A stretch of DNA of 64,000 bases from Lama glama (taxonomy: Eukaryota). The notes beneath the pieces are model-generated. The model was not told the DNA's origin. It did not search any database and worked only from the letters and a program-made list of their open reading frames with translations. Below, in pieces: positions 12,687-25,224 of this stretch. The stretch is taken from positions 30,692,001-30,756,000 of the forward strand of contig CM052816.1 in NCBI GenBank assembly GCA_028534125.1, read 5' to 3'. The stretch's first letter is position 1. Every line of letters begins with the position of its first letter. The translations under genes and the position numbers were made by a program.

Positions 12687-15679
12687 GAGTAATCTGTACA
12701 GGCAGACTTGCTTTTATTCCTTTTTCCCTTGGTAACTGCAGTAGATTACAGTGCCATGCAGGGAGAGGCACTAAGTCTCAACTGTATTTGTAACCTAACC
12801 AGTAGATGTGGTTAAAACAGGTTTACAATGGCTGACGTTCTAGACAGTGCTAGAAACATCTTTATGATGGTTTGAGCTGGTTCAAGCAGGCATATTTAAA
12901 AGAACTGATGCAAAATTGTGATCCCACAAGGAACCTTGAAATCAAGCAATTTATAAGGTATTTATACTCGTTAGGAAACAGTTTGCCAAGTAGCTTTTCT
13001 TTTCATACTGTCTCACTGGCTGACCAACTATTAATCAAGCTCTCCATCTCCCAGTGTGGTAAAAGTCAAATGGATTTTGTCATCAGCAGAGCCATCTGTC
13101 TCCTCATACTGTTCTGCTATTTTTTTTTTCTTTTTATTTTTGAAACTCTTCAGCTGAAATAAGAAATGGAGGAGGAGGAGGTAATCAGTGGACACAAGAA
13201 TAACAGAATTTCATACGCTTTGATAATTTTTTAATACCTAGGCAATTTTAGGTATAAATAGCATTTCAGATATGTCTGTATTCACTCAAGGGTTTCTTAT
13301 GAATTTTTCTGGGAAAATTAGACATCCCCAAATGGTATACATCCAATAAAATGTGTTTGCTTTAAGCTGAGCATGGTGGTACTAGGCCCTGAGTACTAAA
13401 GAGATGGTGAATTCTCTTAACGAAGCAAAACGAGAAAGTCCCACATCTGTGCCTCTTGGATGCATCTGTTCTGGGAAGACAGAGTGTTCAGGGCTCTTAC
13501 AACAAGAGGGCTAAGGTTTCTTTTACAAAGTGCTGAAAACAATTCCTACAATTCTCTTGGTCATCTATCACAAGCCAGCTACTTATTTTTCATGTCTTTA
13601 TTGGGGGTCTATCTGCCTGAACTGAAATAAAAAAAGAGAGAGAGAGAGAGTCAGAGCAGAGCCAAGGAGAGGAAGCAGAAATGCAAAGACCCCTAAACCT
13701 ACGTCTTTCTGCGATGCCCTCGGCTGATAACCACCTGGTCCTTTCTGAGGTATGTCTTGTGTGGAGAGCCCTCCTCTCCAGGGAGCAGTCCGCCTCATAA
13801 CTGGGCAGCACCAGCATCAGGAAACTCAGAGGGTAGGAGTGTTATCTTCCACAAGCTGGTCCTGTGCAGCCTGGTACAAGCCCACTTTGTTTTCTGCTTT
13901 CTGACCTTCAACAGTTTGAAGATGGGAAACCATTCTCCCTGTCAGTCTCCTTTCACTTCTCGTAAACCCCAGCAGTCCCTTTGGTTGGCCCACATGCTTT
14001 CCTAATTCCTCAACCTTCTGGTTACTCTTCTCTGGGTGTCCTGAGACATCCTCAGTGACAATTACACTGAGGAACCTAGATGAGTTCAAAACTCTCATTT
14101 TCGTGTTGGCTGCTTTACCAGCTGCTCAGTCCTTTTAATGAGATAGTTTTACTGCATGAAATATTGAATTGAGGAAAAAGAGAGGCTTTTCACTTCTATT
14201 TTACACAGTTGAGTTGTTTCAATTTTGAACATACATTTCTTTTGTTGTAACAAAGAAATTAAAAAAAACCAAACCAAACCAAACAAAAAAACCCAGGGTC
14301 CTGCATTCCTTCATTCATAAAAGATAAAGACCATTCTTGGCATGGAAATTCTCTTTCCAGCTCATCTGACTTAATGGGCACTTAAGATGAAGTGCGCATA
14401 GATTTATTCTGGCATCTTCCTGATTGACAGGAATGAATCTTGTTATCTATGGGGGATTTAGGCTCAGAGATCATCATTTTTAAACTGTATTTTAAATGTT
14501 TTCCAGAGACTATTATGATAAGTCATTCTTCTGTTTTTTTTTTTTCCTTTAAAAAAAATCTTCAGCTACAGAGATCTCAAACTTTTGGCATCACACACTT
14601 GGAAGAATATTCTATCTAGCTCTATCAAAATCAACAAAAATTAGTCTCAAAGATATAAGCATAATTCTGAACATCTGAAACACTCTGAATCTTCAAAGAA
14701 AAACTGGGCCAGAAATAGATGCTAATTCCTTGAAGAAAGCCACTGGTAGATAGTTTGCATCTAAAAGTACAAGTAGGTCTTACTCAGCTTTGGCTTCTTT
14801 GGGTCCAGCCCAGGGCCTGTATCACAGTAGGTGCTGAGGTCTAAAAGCACCTTGAGGTAGTTTAGCCTATTATTAGCTTAGGGACAGTGGCTCTCAGCTG
14901 CTGCTTCTCTTTTTTCCTGCCTTTTGAATCAAAGAGCACAGGCCTCTGAGTATTACAGGGCGTGGGCTGGAAAAGGGCATCAGTAATTGGGGATAATCTT
15001 TTTTTATTAATTACAAAGTAGAGAACCAGTAATACCTGCTTGCTTTACATACTACACATAGCCAAAGGACAGCTGTCTCTGCTACCGACCAATGAAACCC
15101 ATTTTTCAGATAGAAAAGACCTCAGAAATGTTCCCAACATTCCTCTCTGGTTCAGTACAACATGGGAAGGGAGGGGGTTAGCAAGTGTTATCATTTAATT
15201 AGGCATCCAGTGGCTCAGATGCAATTAGACTGATCCGCACCTAACTGGAGTGAAACATGTGTCAAGTTAATAGAATCTAAACTTCTGCTCAAAGTAGGCA
15301 GTGACATTCCTGACAGTTCCAATGTCCAGGCAATCTTTCAGGAAAGTCCCTGGAATGAAGGGTTGATGGAGGCATACCTAAAGGATTTGGAAGTTTAAGA
15401 CTGTATTTTCCCCAGAATTTCAACTCACATCTAATTTTAAACATATATATATATGTATATATATATTTAGAAGAGATTCAAATTTTTCTTGGAGAAATTT
15501 ACGATCTAAAATTACAGTAAAGCCATTTATTTATCAATTTATAAAGATCCACAATGACGTCAGTATGTTATGTAAGTGTTGGAAATAAAAAAACATCAGA
15601 TTATGTTTATAACTTATAGGCTACTTCAGTTTTGTAGGAACTAAAGATTTGGAGTTGTATATCATAGTAATAGAAAATT

Positions 15680-15995
15680 GTAGTGAGTCAATAAAACATT
15701 TATTGAGTGTCTACTGTGTACAAACAGTAAAAAAATTTAATGATTTTTTTAATACCTAAGACAGAAATATCACCTGCTTTACTTTTCACTGCAGTTTATG
15801 TGATGACTCACGTACTTTTACAATATAATACGTCGCTTAATAACTTTTTCAAATTCATAATAATGTTCGTTGTCTTAAACCATACATGCCTCTGAGAAGG
15901 CTCTGTGTTTATTATGTACATTCTTTATCCTTAATATCTTTAAAAGTGCCTATGTTATGTATTAAATAAATGTGTACTGAATTAATAAACCCATC
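15680..15995. mobile_element. Two L2 3'-end relics (minus ~15680-15730, plus ~15885-15995)
   Basis: aacatttattgagtgtctactgtgt (antisense L2 end) and aaataaatgtgtactgaattaat (sense L2 end). Confidence 0.6.
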
Positions 15996-17019
15996 AATGA
16001 GTGGGCCCCTTTACAGTAGCCCATATAATTCTACAAGGTACCTGGAGACCTGCACTGAGATTGAAAGTCTGTCCTCAACATGAACAAACCAGATTCACCA
16101 GGATTAACAAGTTATTTTAGGAAGATTCTTTAGTGTATAACCAAGCACTCAATATAAAATCAATTACTTTGTATTTTTTTTTGTCTCAAATTTTCATCCA
16201 GAGTCACATTTCCTAAGTTGGGATTCAGAATCAACTCCTTTTAAATGTGACATGAATTCCATGTGAAGTCCCTCCCTCCCATATTTTCTTGGATTTTTCT
16301 CAAAGACTGAATTTCTATGAGTTGGAAAGTAGGACACACAATAATGTACATGATGGAATTATCTTCATTAAGAAAACAACCACCTTAGCCAAAGTGACCT
16401 AACAACCACTTGAAGCAAGAAGCAACAACACTAACAGGCATTTACTGAGGACTGTCTCTTAATAGCACAAAAGAGGAAAATCTAAAAGAAAGAAATCACA
16501 AGGATTTTTAGGTTAGTCGCTGGAGGCTCCAGGTGTGTATATTTGAGTATTATATACTCAGGAGGAGAAGCTGGAAGTCTTGGAAGCTGAAAAGAACTTC
16601 ATTTGCACTTGCTAGCATGACAAAATTAGAACTCAAAGCCTGGTGATGGGAGAAGCCAGTGGGTTGGAATTAAGAAAATTACATTCTAGGAGTTAGGGCA
16701 AATTGATTACATATTGCACATCATACCTTTAAATGATTGATATAGCTCCTGAAATAAAATTAAGATGATGAAGAATTGCTATTGCTTTGACATGTTTGAG
16801 AGAAGCTTGTTTTCATCTTATTTGTACATTCTTCTGTAAAATGTCAGTGACACAATTAAAAAAATACCTTAAGAGAATTCAGGCAATTAAAACCAAGACA
16901 AGCACTCCACAGTATAAATATAAATATAGGAAGTATAGATAATGTAATTACTGGATATTAATGTAGACATAGCTGTGGTCATTCTTTTCTAGGTAATAAA
17001 AGACAAGTTTGGGGAGGAG

Positions 17020-18660
17020 GCTTTTGGTTCTGAGTAAGATGGAGTAAATGCACACCTCTCTATCTCCCACTGAATTCACAAAGAAACCTGGACAGATGCA
17101 TAGGAGCTATTTGAGAGCTCTGAAAATTAAATATTATCAGGCAGATAAAGGAAGAACACCAGAATTCTATGTCCTATCCAACCATTTGTGACTTTCCCAT
17201 GTTTTCCCCTCTGATATTCCCTGGTCTGAAATCAGCACAATCTGAAATCTGGAAATGAGCACTACAGTGCAGACAGAGAGCAACCCCAAAGAAATCTACT
17301 AATTTCAAGTTTGACTCACAGAGAAAAAAATAAAAATCAGAACGCTCAGAGAGAATAAAGGGAATCCTCATTTTTATTTATTCCCCCTCTTACCCCAGTT
17401 TCCTTATAAACTTAGCCCTAGGAAATATTTTGATGAAGATGGTGGTGGCAACCAAAGTAGCTGAGAAGAAAAACTATGGGGCTGAGAATTTTGAATAGAG
17501 CAAGAACCTGTGAAGAAGTGTTAGGTAGTTAGATCAGTGGGGGCACCAGGCAGATAAATGGAGGAGAGGGAGGATGGTCTGCAGGATGGCTTTATGCTCA
17601 CCTCCAACATGAAGGGACTTTACTTCTCCTAAATGAGTGCCAGCAAGAAACCGGTTAGAAGGACTTAACAGAACATGACCCATTGCTCACTGTAATATAA
17701 TTAACATACTGGTTCAGAACCACCATCCTCAATGGGTTTTTCTGTACATACCATAGGTAAGGACATACGTGAAGGACAAAAGCATGACGAGGCACTCCAG
17801 GGGCAAGAGCAGTTAATCAAAAGACAGCCTCTAAGCAAGGGTATCAATGAAAAATCAAAACAAAGACTGCCTCTTTTCGCACTTGGATCAGTCTGCCTCC
17901 CATTCTTGAAGGTGTACTTTTCTTTTCCTAAATAAATCCTCTAAAATCTTTCACTACAAAACACAGTCCATCTCCTATCTGTAATCTTGTCCTTCAGGTA
18001 AGACAAGGACTGGGGTCTTTTCCTTTTTGGGGGTTAACAGAAGGATCAAGTATAAGTAATAGATATGAATATAGAATATACATATATCTATGTGTATCTC
18101 AAAAGAAAGAACACAAATGACACGCTTATAAAGCATTAAATATATGTTTTAAAAATAAGTGAGAGGGCAAAAGGAAATATTCAAAATGAAGGATGGAGAG
18201 GCAAACAGGTGTAAAATATATGGAAGAGAAAGAGGGAAAATGGTAAAGTTTAATATCATATAATTGGAATTTCAGTGAGAGCAGAGAGAGAGGCTGGAGA
18301 AGAAGCAATATTTAAAAAGATGATGCCTGGGAGTTTAAAAAGATGATGACAGCAATCAAAATTCATATTTAAAAAGTCTATAAAATATAAGAGGGAAAAT
18401 CCAGAGAGAACCGTATCTCAGCAAATGTAGAAAAACTGGTCAATACCAAACGTGTACACACTTTAAAAATAAGTATCTATGAAAGTTTTCCCCCAAATCG
18501 TAACAAAATTATAACAGGAAATCTTAAAAGCAATTAGAACAAAAGAGATACTCTTCAAAGGAAAACATATATATGTATATGTATATATGCACACATATAT
18601 ATTATATAGTATACTGAATTAGACATCTTTTCAGAAATAATGAATGTCAGATGACAATTA
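17020..18660 (+). mobile_element. Old L1M 5'UTR + ORF1 remnant, interrupted by a solo LTR
   Basis: ggcttttggttctgagtaagatggagta is an L1M-type 5' start; ORF1-like taattggaattt..gaagcaatatttaaaaagatgatg and ttagacatcttttcagaaataatgaatgtcag downstream. Confidence 0.7.
17519..18039 (+). mobile_element. ERV1-class solo LTR (521 bp)
   Basis: TGTTA...TAACA inverted termini, perfect 4-bp TSD gaag (17515-17518 / 18040-18043), AATAAA at 17931-17936. Confidence 0.92.
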
Positions 18661-18664
18661 TCCA

Positions 18665-19050
18665 AGTTTGAGGAAGCTTGGCGTACAGGATATTTATTAG
18701 GAATAAACACCTGTGTAAGGAAGGGAAGGAAGAAGTTATGGGCAGAGGGAGAAATCAACTGTAATGTCATTCTGACAATGCCTTAGCCAACCCCACTGGG
18801 ACCTTGGGAGAGTATTTGGCCAATCAGAATTGTCCTGCCATAGAAACTGGGTCTTTCTACACTTCCCCCTCTGACCTCAAACTTCAATCATTTGTGGGAT
18901 GTGGACTGTTCCAGGAAGGGCATGACCCTGATGAAATGGATCTCTATAACTGAGATAAACTCTAGTGTTTCAGACAGCTAAAGGCGGTTTGCTGGCAGCT
19001 GAGGGAATAAGCCCTCCATTGAGGTCATACTTGGCATCAAGACTCCTTTT
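18665..19050 (-). mobile_element. LTR16A-like ERVL LTR
   Basis: aacacctgtg..gggcagagggagaa..gccttagccaaccccactggg..ggatgtggactg..catgaccctg..gcagctgagggaataag matches the antisense of the LTR16A-type consensus as remembered. Confidence 0.8.
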
Positions 19051-19184
19051 CCTAAGAGTAAACAACTCTTTTATGTATATTTATGTATTAGAGATATATA
19101 TATATTACATATATATATGTATATGTATTAGAAACAACTCCAAGATTTTGGTTGTCCTTTGTTTCTCAGAGAAATTTTGAAGAG

Positions 19185-20590
19185 CACTGGTAGATATAAC
19201 CCATGTTGGTTCTTATCTTGTAAGTTAAGGGCTATGCTACTGGCAAAGTTGAATGGGAAACTCCTGAAACTGTCACCCAGGTCAATATGGTAAAAACATT
19301 GTTGTACTCAGAGGTGGAAGGAAAAAGTTTTGCACTCACCCTGAGGATCAGAAGTAGGTAGTACTGGTGGTGCCCACCTTATTTAACTCACCAGTCTGAG
19401 CTATATATACTCAAGTGGAGATGACAATACCACAAACTCACTTAAATAATGGGTTCAATTTTAGTTGCCATTCTAGATGTATCAGGGGCCTGAAAGGAGA
19501 AGTAGCAAGATTACAGAAAGGGTTCTGTGGTGGAGGCAATGTGGATGGATATAGCAAAATATTTAAAGATCTTTCTATCACCTATAAATTCCAAGAAAAG
19601 AGTATTTATCACAGAAGAAGGACTAATCCACCAAGTAGACAGAATGATTCAGCCAATTTGCATCAACCAGCCTCGGGAAACAGTATACAAATGCTGCCAT
19701 GATGGGCATGTGAACAGAATGACCATATAAGCAATGATATGGATGAACTCAACAGCATGGGCTCCCACTTGCTAAAACTGGTGTAGCTACTGCTACCATG
19801 GAACATACAAAGTGCAAGCAACAGAGATTGATACTGATCCCTCAACATGGCACCATCCCTTGTGGATACCAACTGGCCACTTGACAGCAAAATGATTACA
19901 TCAGACTCTTTCCCTTCTGGAAGAACCAGAAATTTGTTCTAGAAAGCAAAAAATACATTTTCTGGATAAGGAATTCCCTTTCCTGCCTTAGTCTCCCCAG
20001 TGAGCATCACCGCCTGAGGAAGTATGGAGTAACTAATATACAAGTATGTGGTATCACATAAAGTCACCTAAGAATTGGGTTTCACTTTAAATGTGCGGGA
20101 ATGGGCTCACAGTATGGAATCCACTACTAATATCACATACTGTAGCACCCAAAAGCTGCCAGCCTGAAATAGCACTGAATAATCCTACTCTTCAGAGTCA
20201 GAGCACTACTTAACAACAATGTTCTATGAGGATGGGCCACTGTTTTCAGAATGAAAAACATACATTAAATCGAAGACTTTTAGATGGTAACATAAAGAAT
20301 ACTTAGGTCTGGGAACCTAGGCAGAGGAGCCACGATAGTCCTCCTTACCATCACTCAAAAACATCTGTGCTTCCCTTTCTCAAACGTCTGGCTCTTCCAT
20401 GGCTAGAAGTTCAGATACCCACATGAGCACACTGCTGACAGAGTCATAGCAAGAATCCCAGTGAACTACTGAACTATTAGCTGTAGCAGCTGTCATGGCA
20501 CATTGCTCTTTTCATGCTCAGAGACCAGCAAGCAAAAAAATAAGTAACCAATCTGGCAGGGATATCTGATTTTACTTTCATGAGCAGAAC
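19185..20590 (+). mobile_element. ERVL internal pol remnant (RT N-terminus, RNase H, integrase, dUTPase-like)
   Basis: ORF 19527-19730 MWMDI..KIFLS.IN..KRV..EE....QVDRM resembles the ERVL RNase H end; caacagcatgggctcccactt = QQHGLPL (integrase zinc-finger region); tttaactcaccagtctg = FNSPV(W) of RT. Confidence 0.9.
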
Positions 20591-20594
20591 TTGT

Positions 20595-21250
20595 TGGTAA
20601 AAAATTAAAGACTCAAAAAAAGTGGAGAGAGATGCCATGCTTACAAATTGGATAGCTCAATATTTTTATGATGTCATTTCTCCCCCAAATTGCCCTACAG
20701 AATTAATGCAATTCTACTTACAACCCTAGCAGATTTTTTCCTTTACCAAATGATAATCTGATTCTAAAATCTTTATCAATAGTCAAAAGATTTAGAATTG
20801 TGAAAGTTATTTTAAAAATGAAAAACACTGTTGGAGGGTTTACACTACTTGATTTAAAGACTCCTTATAGAACTAGAGTAATTAAGATACCAGGCTATAG
20901 GTGTAAGGAAAGACGTGTATATTAATGGAACAGAATAGTCTACAAATGAGCCAAGATTTATATAATCAATTGATTTTTGTATAAGTGGCTAAGATAAACA
21001 CAAAAAGAATCATCTTTTCTACTGAAAATTAAATAAACTGAACATACTTAATAATTTCTGCAGTTCTAGTCTTAGATATTATATATATATTACATATATA
21101 TATATACACATCAAACAGAAATGTACATATATATTTAATCAAAAACATAAAATGTTTGAAGAAAAATTGAAATCATCAGAAACTGAAAATGACAAAATGT
21201 CTATTAGCAGTAGAATGGATAATTTTGATATATTTATACCTGAAAAAAAA
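20595..21250 (+). mobile_element. Old L1M ORF2 3' remnant
   Basis: tggagagagatgccatg..ctcaatatt..ctcccccaaattg..aatgcaattc...aatggaacagaatag, canonical L1 ORF2 sequence; appears to resume at ~25225. Confidence 0.85.
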
Positions 21251-23147
21251 ATGTTGATTTCTGGTTTCCAACCTGGCATTTCAGGAGCTTGGATATTGCC
21301 ACTTTGTCCTAACAACAGGTAAAAAAACTAAACAAAAAAAACATAAAAATTAACTTTTCTTTTACATGTAAGAGAAATGAGGTCACCAGGCAAGCCACTG
21401 TCCACAGAATGAGAGAGACAGGCAAATACAGAGAATCACAACTTATAGCAGAAACCTAAAAGCAAAAATTTTACAAGAATAAATGCACAACAGGAGAACC
21501 TGAAGTGTAAGTGAAGAACTGCTGGAGGCTCAGTATGGATATGTCTCAGAGATTTAAAAAAAACCAAAAAACAAAAAACACAGAGGACTCGGTCTTAGGG
21601 AGCACCTATAATTTTCCTGAGTTTTAACCCCAGGAGCTTGACTGGGTTCTCATAGTGAATATCAAAGAAAAAATCCTCATGCTTCCAGCAGAGGAAGAGA
21701 CAAAGAACCATTTTTAAATACACCAGAGCACCTTATTTTAAACAAGGTCCCACCTGAAGGGAAATTAAACAGAGCCTAAACCTACTAGGGTTTTGTCAAA
21801 GCCTACCTGAACTCTAGACAGTTCTAGCCAACCACATGGAGGAAAGGAAATACCCAACTCCAGCTCTCTCTAGACAACCTTCCCAACTTAGGATGGAGAG
21901 AAGGTAAATTAGAGGCGCCCTGAAATTCACAGTCAAGAGACACAGGTTCACTAAAATACTGAGACCTAATCATAGGACTATAGGATGCTTTCTCTCCCCA
22001 CCTACCTTGCAGGCACATTACTAAAGGACTATTTATGGAGATCCCTTTGCTTAATAAGGTCCAGCAACTAATAAGAAATTGCAAACCATATTTAAAAGGC
22101 AAAAAACACAATTTGAAGAAAGAGAGGAAACACTGGAACCAGACTCAGATGTGGTAGGGATGTAGAAAATATCAGACAAAAATTTTAAAACAACTATGAT
22201 AAACATGCTAAAGATTTTCAAGAATAAAGTAGAAAGTATGAATGAACAGTCAATGTAAGCACAGAGACAGAAATTCTTAAAAAAAATACAGCTCAAAAAC
22301 ACTGTAATAGAAATGAGGAATGTCTTTGATAGGCTTATTATCAGTAGAATAGACATAGCTGTACAATGTCTGAGGTTAAGGTTATCTCAATCTAAACCTT
22401 AAAAACTGAAATTCACAGGAAAAAGACTGGGGAAAAAACCCCAGAATATCCAAGAACTGTGGGACAAACACAAAATGCAGATCAGATGTGTAATGGCAAT
22501 TCTAGAAAGAGAAAAATAAGAGAAAACAACAGGAAACCTTCTGGGAAAAATAATGACTGAGAATTTTCCCACAACTAATGTCAAACACCAAAACAAAGAC
22601 CCAGGAATCTCAGTGAACACCAAGTAGAATGTCAAAACTTTACACCTAGGTATGTATTCAAACTATAAGAAAATCAAAGGTAAAGAAAAAATTCTGAAAG
22701 AAGCCGGGGAGTGGGGTAGAAATTCACATATAGAAAAGAAGGATAAGAATTACATCCAACTTCTCAAAAACCGTGTACACAAGAGTGAAATGAAATATTT
22801 AAACTGCTGAGAGAGAAAAAAACAAACAAAATGGAGTTCTGTACACTGCAAAATTCTTTTTCAAAAGTGAAGGAGAAATAAAGACCTTCTCAAAGAAAAC
22901 TTCAGGGTTATTTCCACTAGCCCTGAGTGACAAGAAGTGTTTAAAAAGTTATCCAGAGAGGAGAATAAAGTAAGTTGAAAACTAGGATCTTCATAAAAAA
23001 GAAAGAGCATCAAAGAAGGAATATGTGAACATGAAGTAGAAATTTAAAAATTGTCCTTATTCTTAATTGACCTAACAGATAAGTTTAATCAAAATAATAG
23101 CAACAATACATTTGATTACTTAAGCTCATATATATTATATAAGCCTT

Positions 23148-23155
23148 TACATATG

Positions 23156-23189
<34 letters not shown>
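23148..23189. repeat. (TA)n microsatellite
   Basis: Perfect TA run of ~30 bp in the L1 inter-ORF region. Confidence 0.95.
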
Positions 23190-23192
<3 letters not shown>

Positions 23193-24369
23193 GTAAGTAA
23201 AATGAATGACAGTGATGATACAAGGCATCACAGGAAGGAATTAGAATTATTTTGTCATTGTAAGTTAACACTACCTGTGAAGTGATACAATGTACAATAA
23301 AAGTGGATTTGGATTAATTATAAATATATATTGCAAACCACTAAAAAGAACTTATTTAGAAGTATAATCTACATAGTGAGAGGAGAGAAAATGAAATCAT
23401 ATAGAATGCTCAATTAGAATCATAAATATAGAAACAGAGTGCAAGACAAAAATAGAACAAAGAGCAAGGACAACAAATAGAAAACCATAACAAATATGAT
23501 AGATATTAATCCAAATAAATAATCACTTTGAACTTCAATGGTCTAAATATACCAACTAAAACACAGACATTGTCAGAACAGATCAAAAATCAATACCCAA
23601 TTATATATTGTCTGTAAGAAATTCACATTAAACATAAAGATATCTATAGATTAAAAGTAAATAAGGAAATACCAACATTAATAAAAAACAAGAAGGAGCA
23701 AGAGTAAGCTCTAATAATTTCACAAAGTATAGATTTTAGAACAAAGGAATTATCAGGGATAAGGAAGGACATTACATAATGATAAAAGGGCATTTCTCCA
23801 AGAACACATATCAATCCCTAACATGTATGCACCTGACAACAGAGGGTGCAAAGCAGAACACTGACAACACCAAGTGCTGACAGGGATGCGAAATAGCAGG
23901 AACTCCCATTGCTTGCTGGTGATAATACAAAATGATATAGCCCCTTTGGAAGACAGTTTGTTGACTTCAAACAAAACAAAACATACTCTTACCATTATAA
24001 TTCAGCAATCATGCTCCTTGTATTTACCCAGAGGAGTCAAAACTGATGTCTATACAAAAACTTGTAGACATGGATATTTACTGCAGCCTTTTTTCATAAT
24101 TGCCCAAACTTGGAAGTAACCAAGATGTCTTTTAGTAGGTGAATGGATAAATACACTGTAGTTCACCTAGAAAACTGAGTTTTACAGCAATAAATAGAAA
24201 GCTATGTAAAGACATGAAAGAAACTTAAACGTATATGATTAAATGAAAAAAAAAGACAATCTTAAAAGGCTACATACTGTATAATTCCAGCTGTATGACA
24301 TTCTGGAAAGGCAAACATATGTAATCAGTGAAAAGTCAAGTGATTGCCAGTGGTTAGGAAGGAGGGAGG

Positions 24370-24866
24370 TGATGACAAATTGAAATTATAATGAAACAAT
24401 TACGGTTCAGACATACAAAAATGCAGTTGGATGGCCATTGAGGATCTGGTCTCAAACTCGTCTCAGCGCAACTGAAAACTTGAACTTTCTTTGAACTGGA
24501 CAAGACCCAAGGATACACCAGTCCTATACATAACAACATGTGCTGGCTGCAACGTTATGGTCTGGAGGTCTCCCCTTGTAACTACGCAACCATTTCAGAC
24601 CCCAATCAATCCTTACTTAACAATCCTTACTTCCTTCTTTCAAGTTACAATTATAATTCTTCTATAAGGAAAATTCAAGTTAAAACAATGTAACTAACTA
24701 TAACCTTGATGTTTTTGCCTTTGTAAGCCGCCTACATTTTGTAGTTCAGCGGAACACAATTCAAGTGCTTCTTGAAGCTGCCTCTCCTGGGCTGTAGTCC
24801 TAACAAACTCCAAATAAACAACCTTTTATTTCAATCAGGTCTCCATTTCCGAAATTTTGCTTAACA
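24370..24866 (+). mobile_element. ERV1-class solo LTR (497 bp) inserted in the L1MC 3'UTR
   Basis: TG...TTAACA termini, 4-bp TSD gagg/gaag (1 mismatch), AATAAA near 24813; the L1 3'UTR reads continuously when it is removed. Confidence 0.88.
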
Positions 24867-25224
24867 GAAGTATGAATAGGTAGAATACTGGGAATTTTTA
24901 GGGCAGTGACACTATACAGCATGATGCTGTAATTGTGGATATACACCAGTATCCATTTCGCCAAACTCACAGAATTACTGCCACCAACAGGGAACCCCAA
25001 TGTCTACAATGGGCCTTGGATGATTATGATGTATCAGTGCGGGTTCATCAGTTGAAACAACTGCACCACTCTGGTGGAAGATGCTGCTAACAGGGAAGGC
25101 TGTGCGTGCGTGGAGGCAGATATGTACAAGAAATCTCTGACCCTTCCTCTCAGTTTTTCTGTGTACCAAAAACTATTCTAAAAATAAACTCTATTAAAAT
25201 ATATACATATGTATGTCTATATGT

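Larger units (their letters stand above)
21255..25200 (+). mobile_element. L1MC1-like LINE-1 with both ends present and most of ORF2 deleted
   Basis: 5' start gatttctggtttcc..gagcttgga; ORF1 ~22080-23000; ORF2 start ~23497; jump at ~23855 from (N)MYAPDNR to actgacaacaccaagtgctg; L1MC1-type 3'UTR ending ctaaaaataaactctattaaaa. Confidence 0.9.

Noticed and set aside
14049..14073. Short hairpins (tcctcagtg..cactgagga; also ~16543-16560, ~56733-56794, ~57577-57605)
   Set aside because: Stems of 7-10 bp are expected by chance and are too short or imperfect for a pre-miRNA call
19185..20590. Possible domesticated retroviral gene
   Set aside because: Multiple stops, frameshifts and a large deletion; ordinary ERVL fossil
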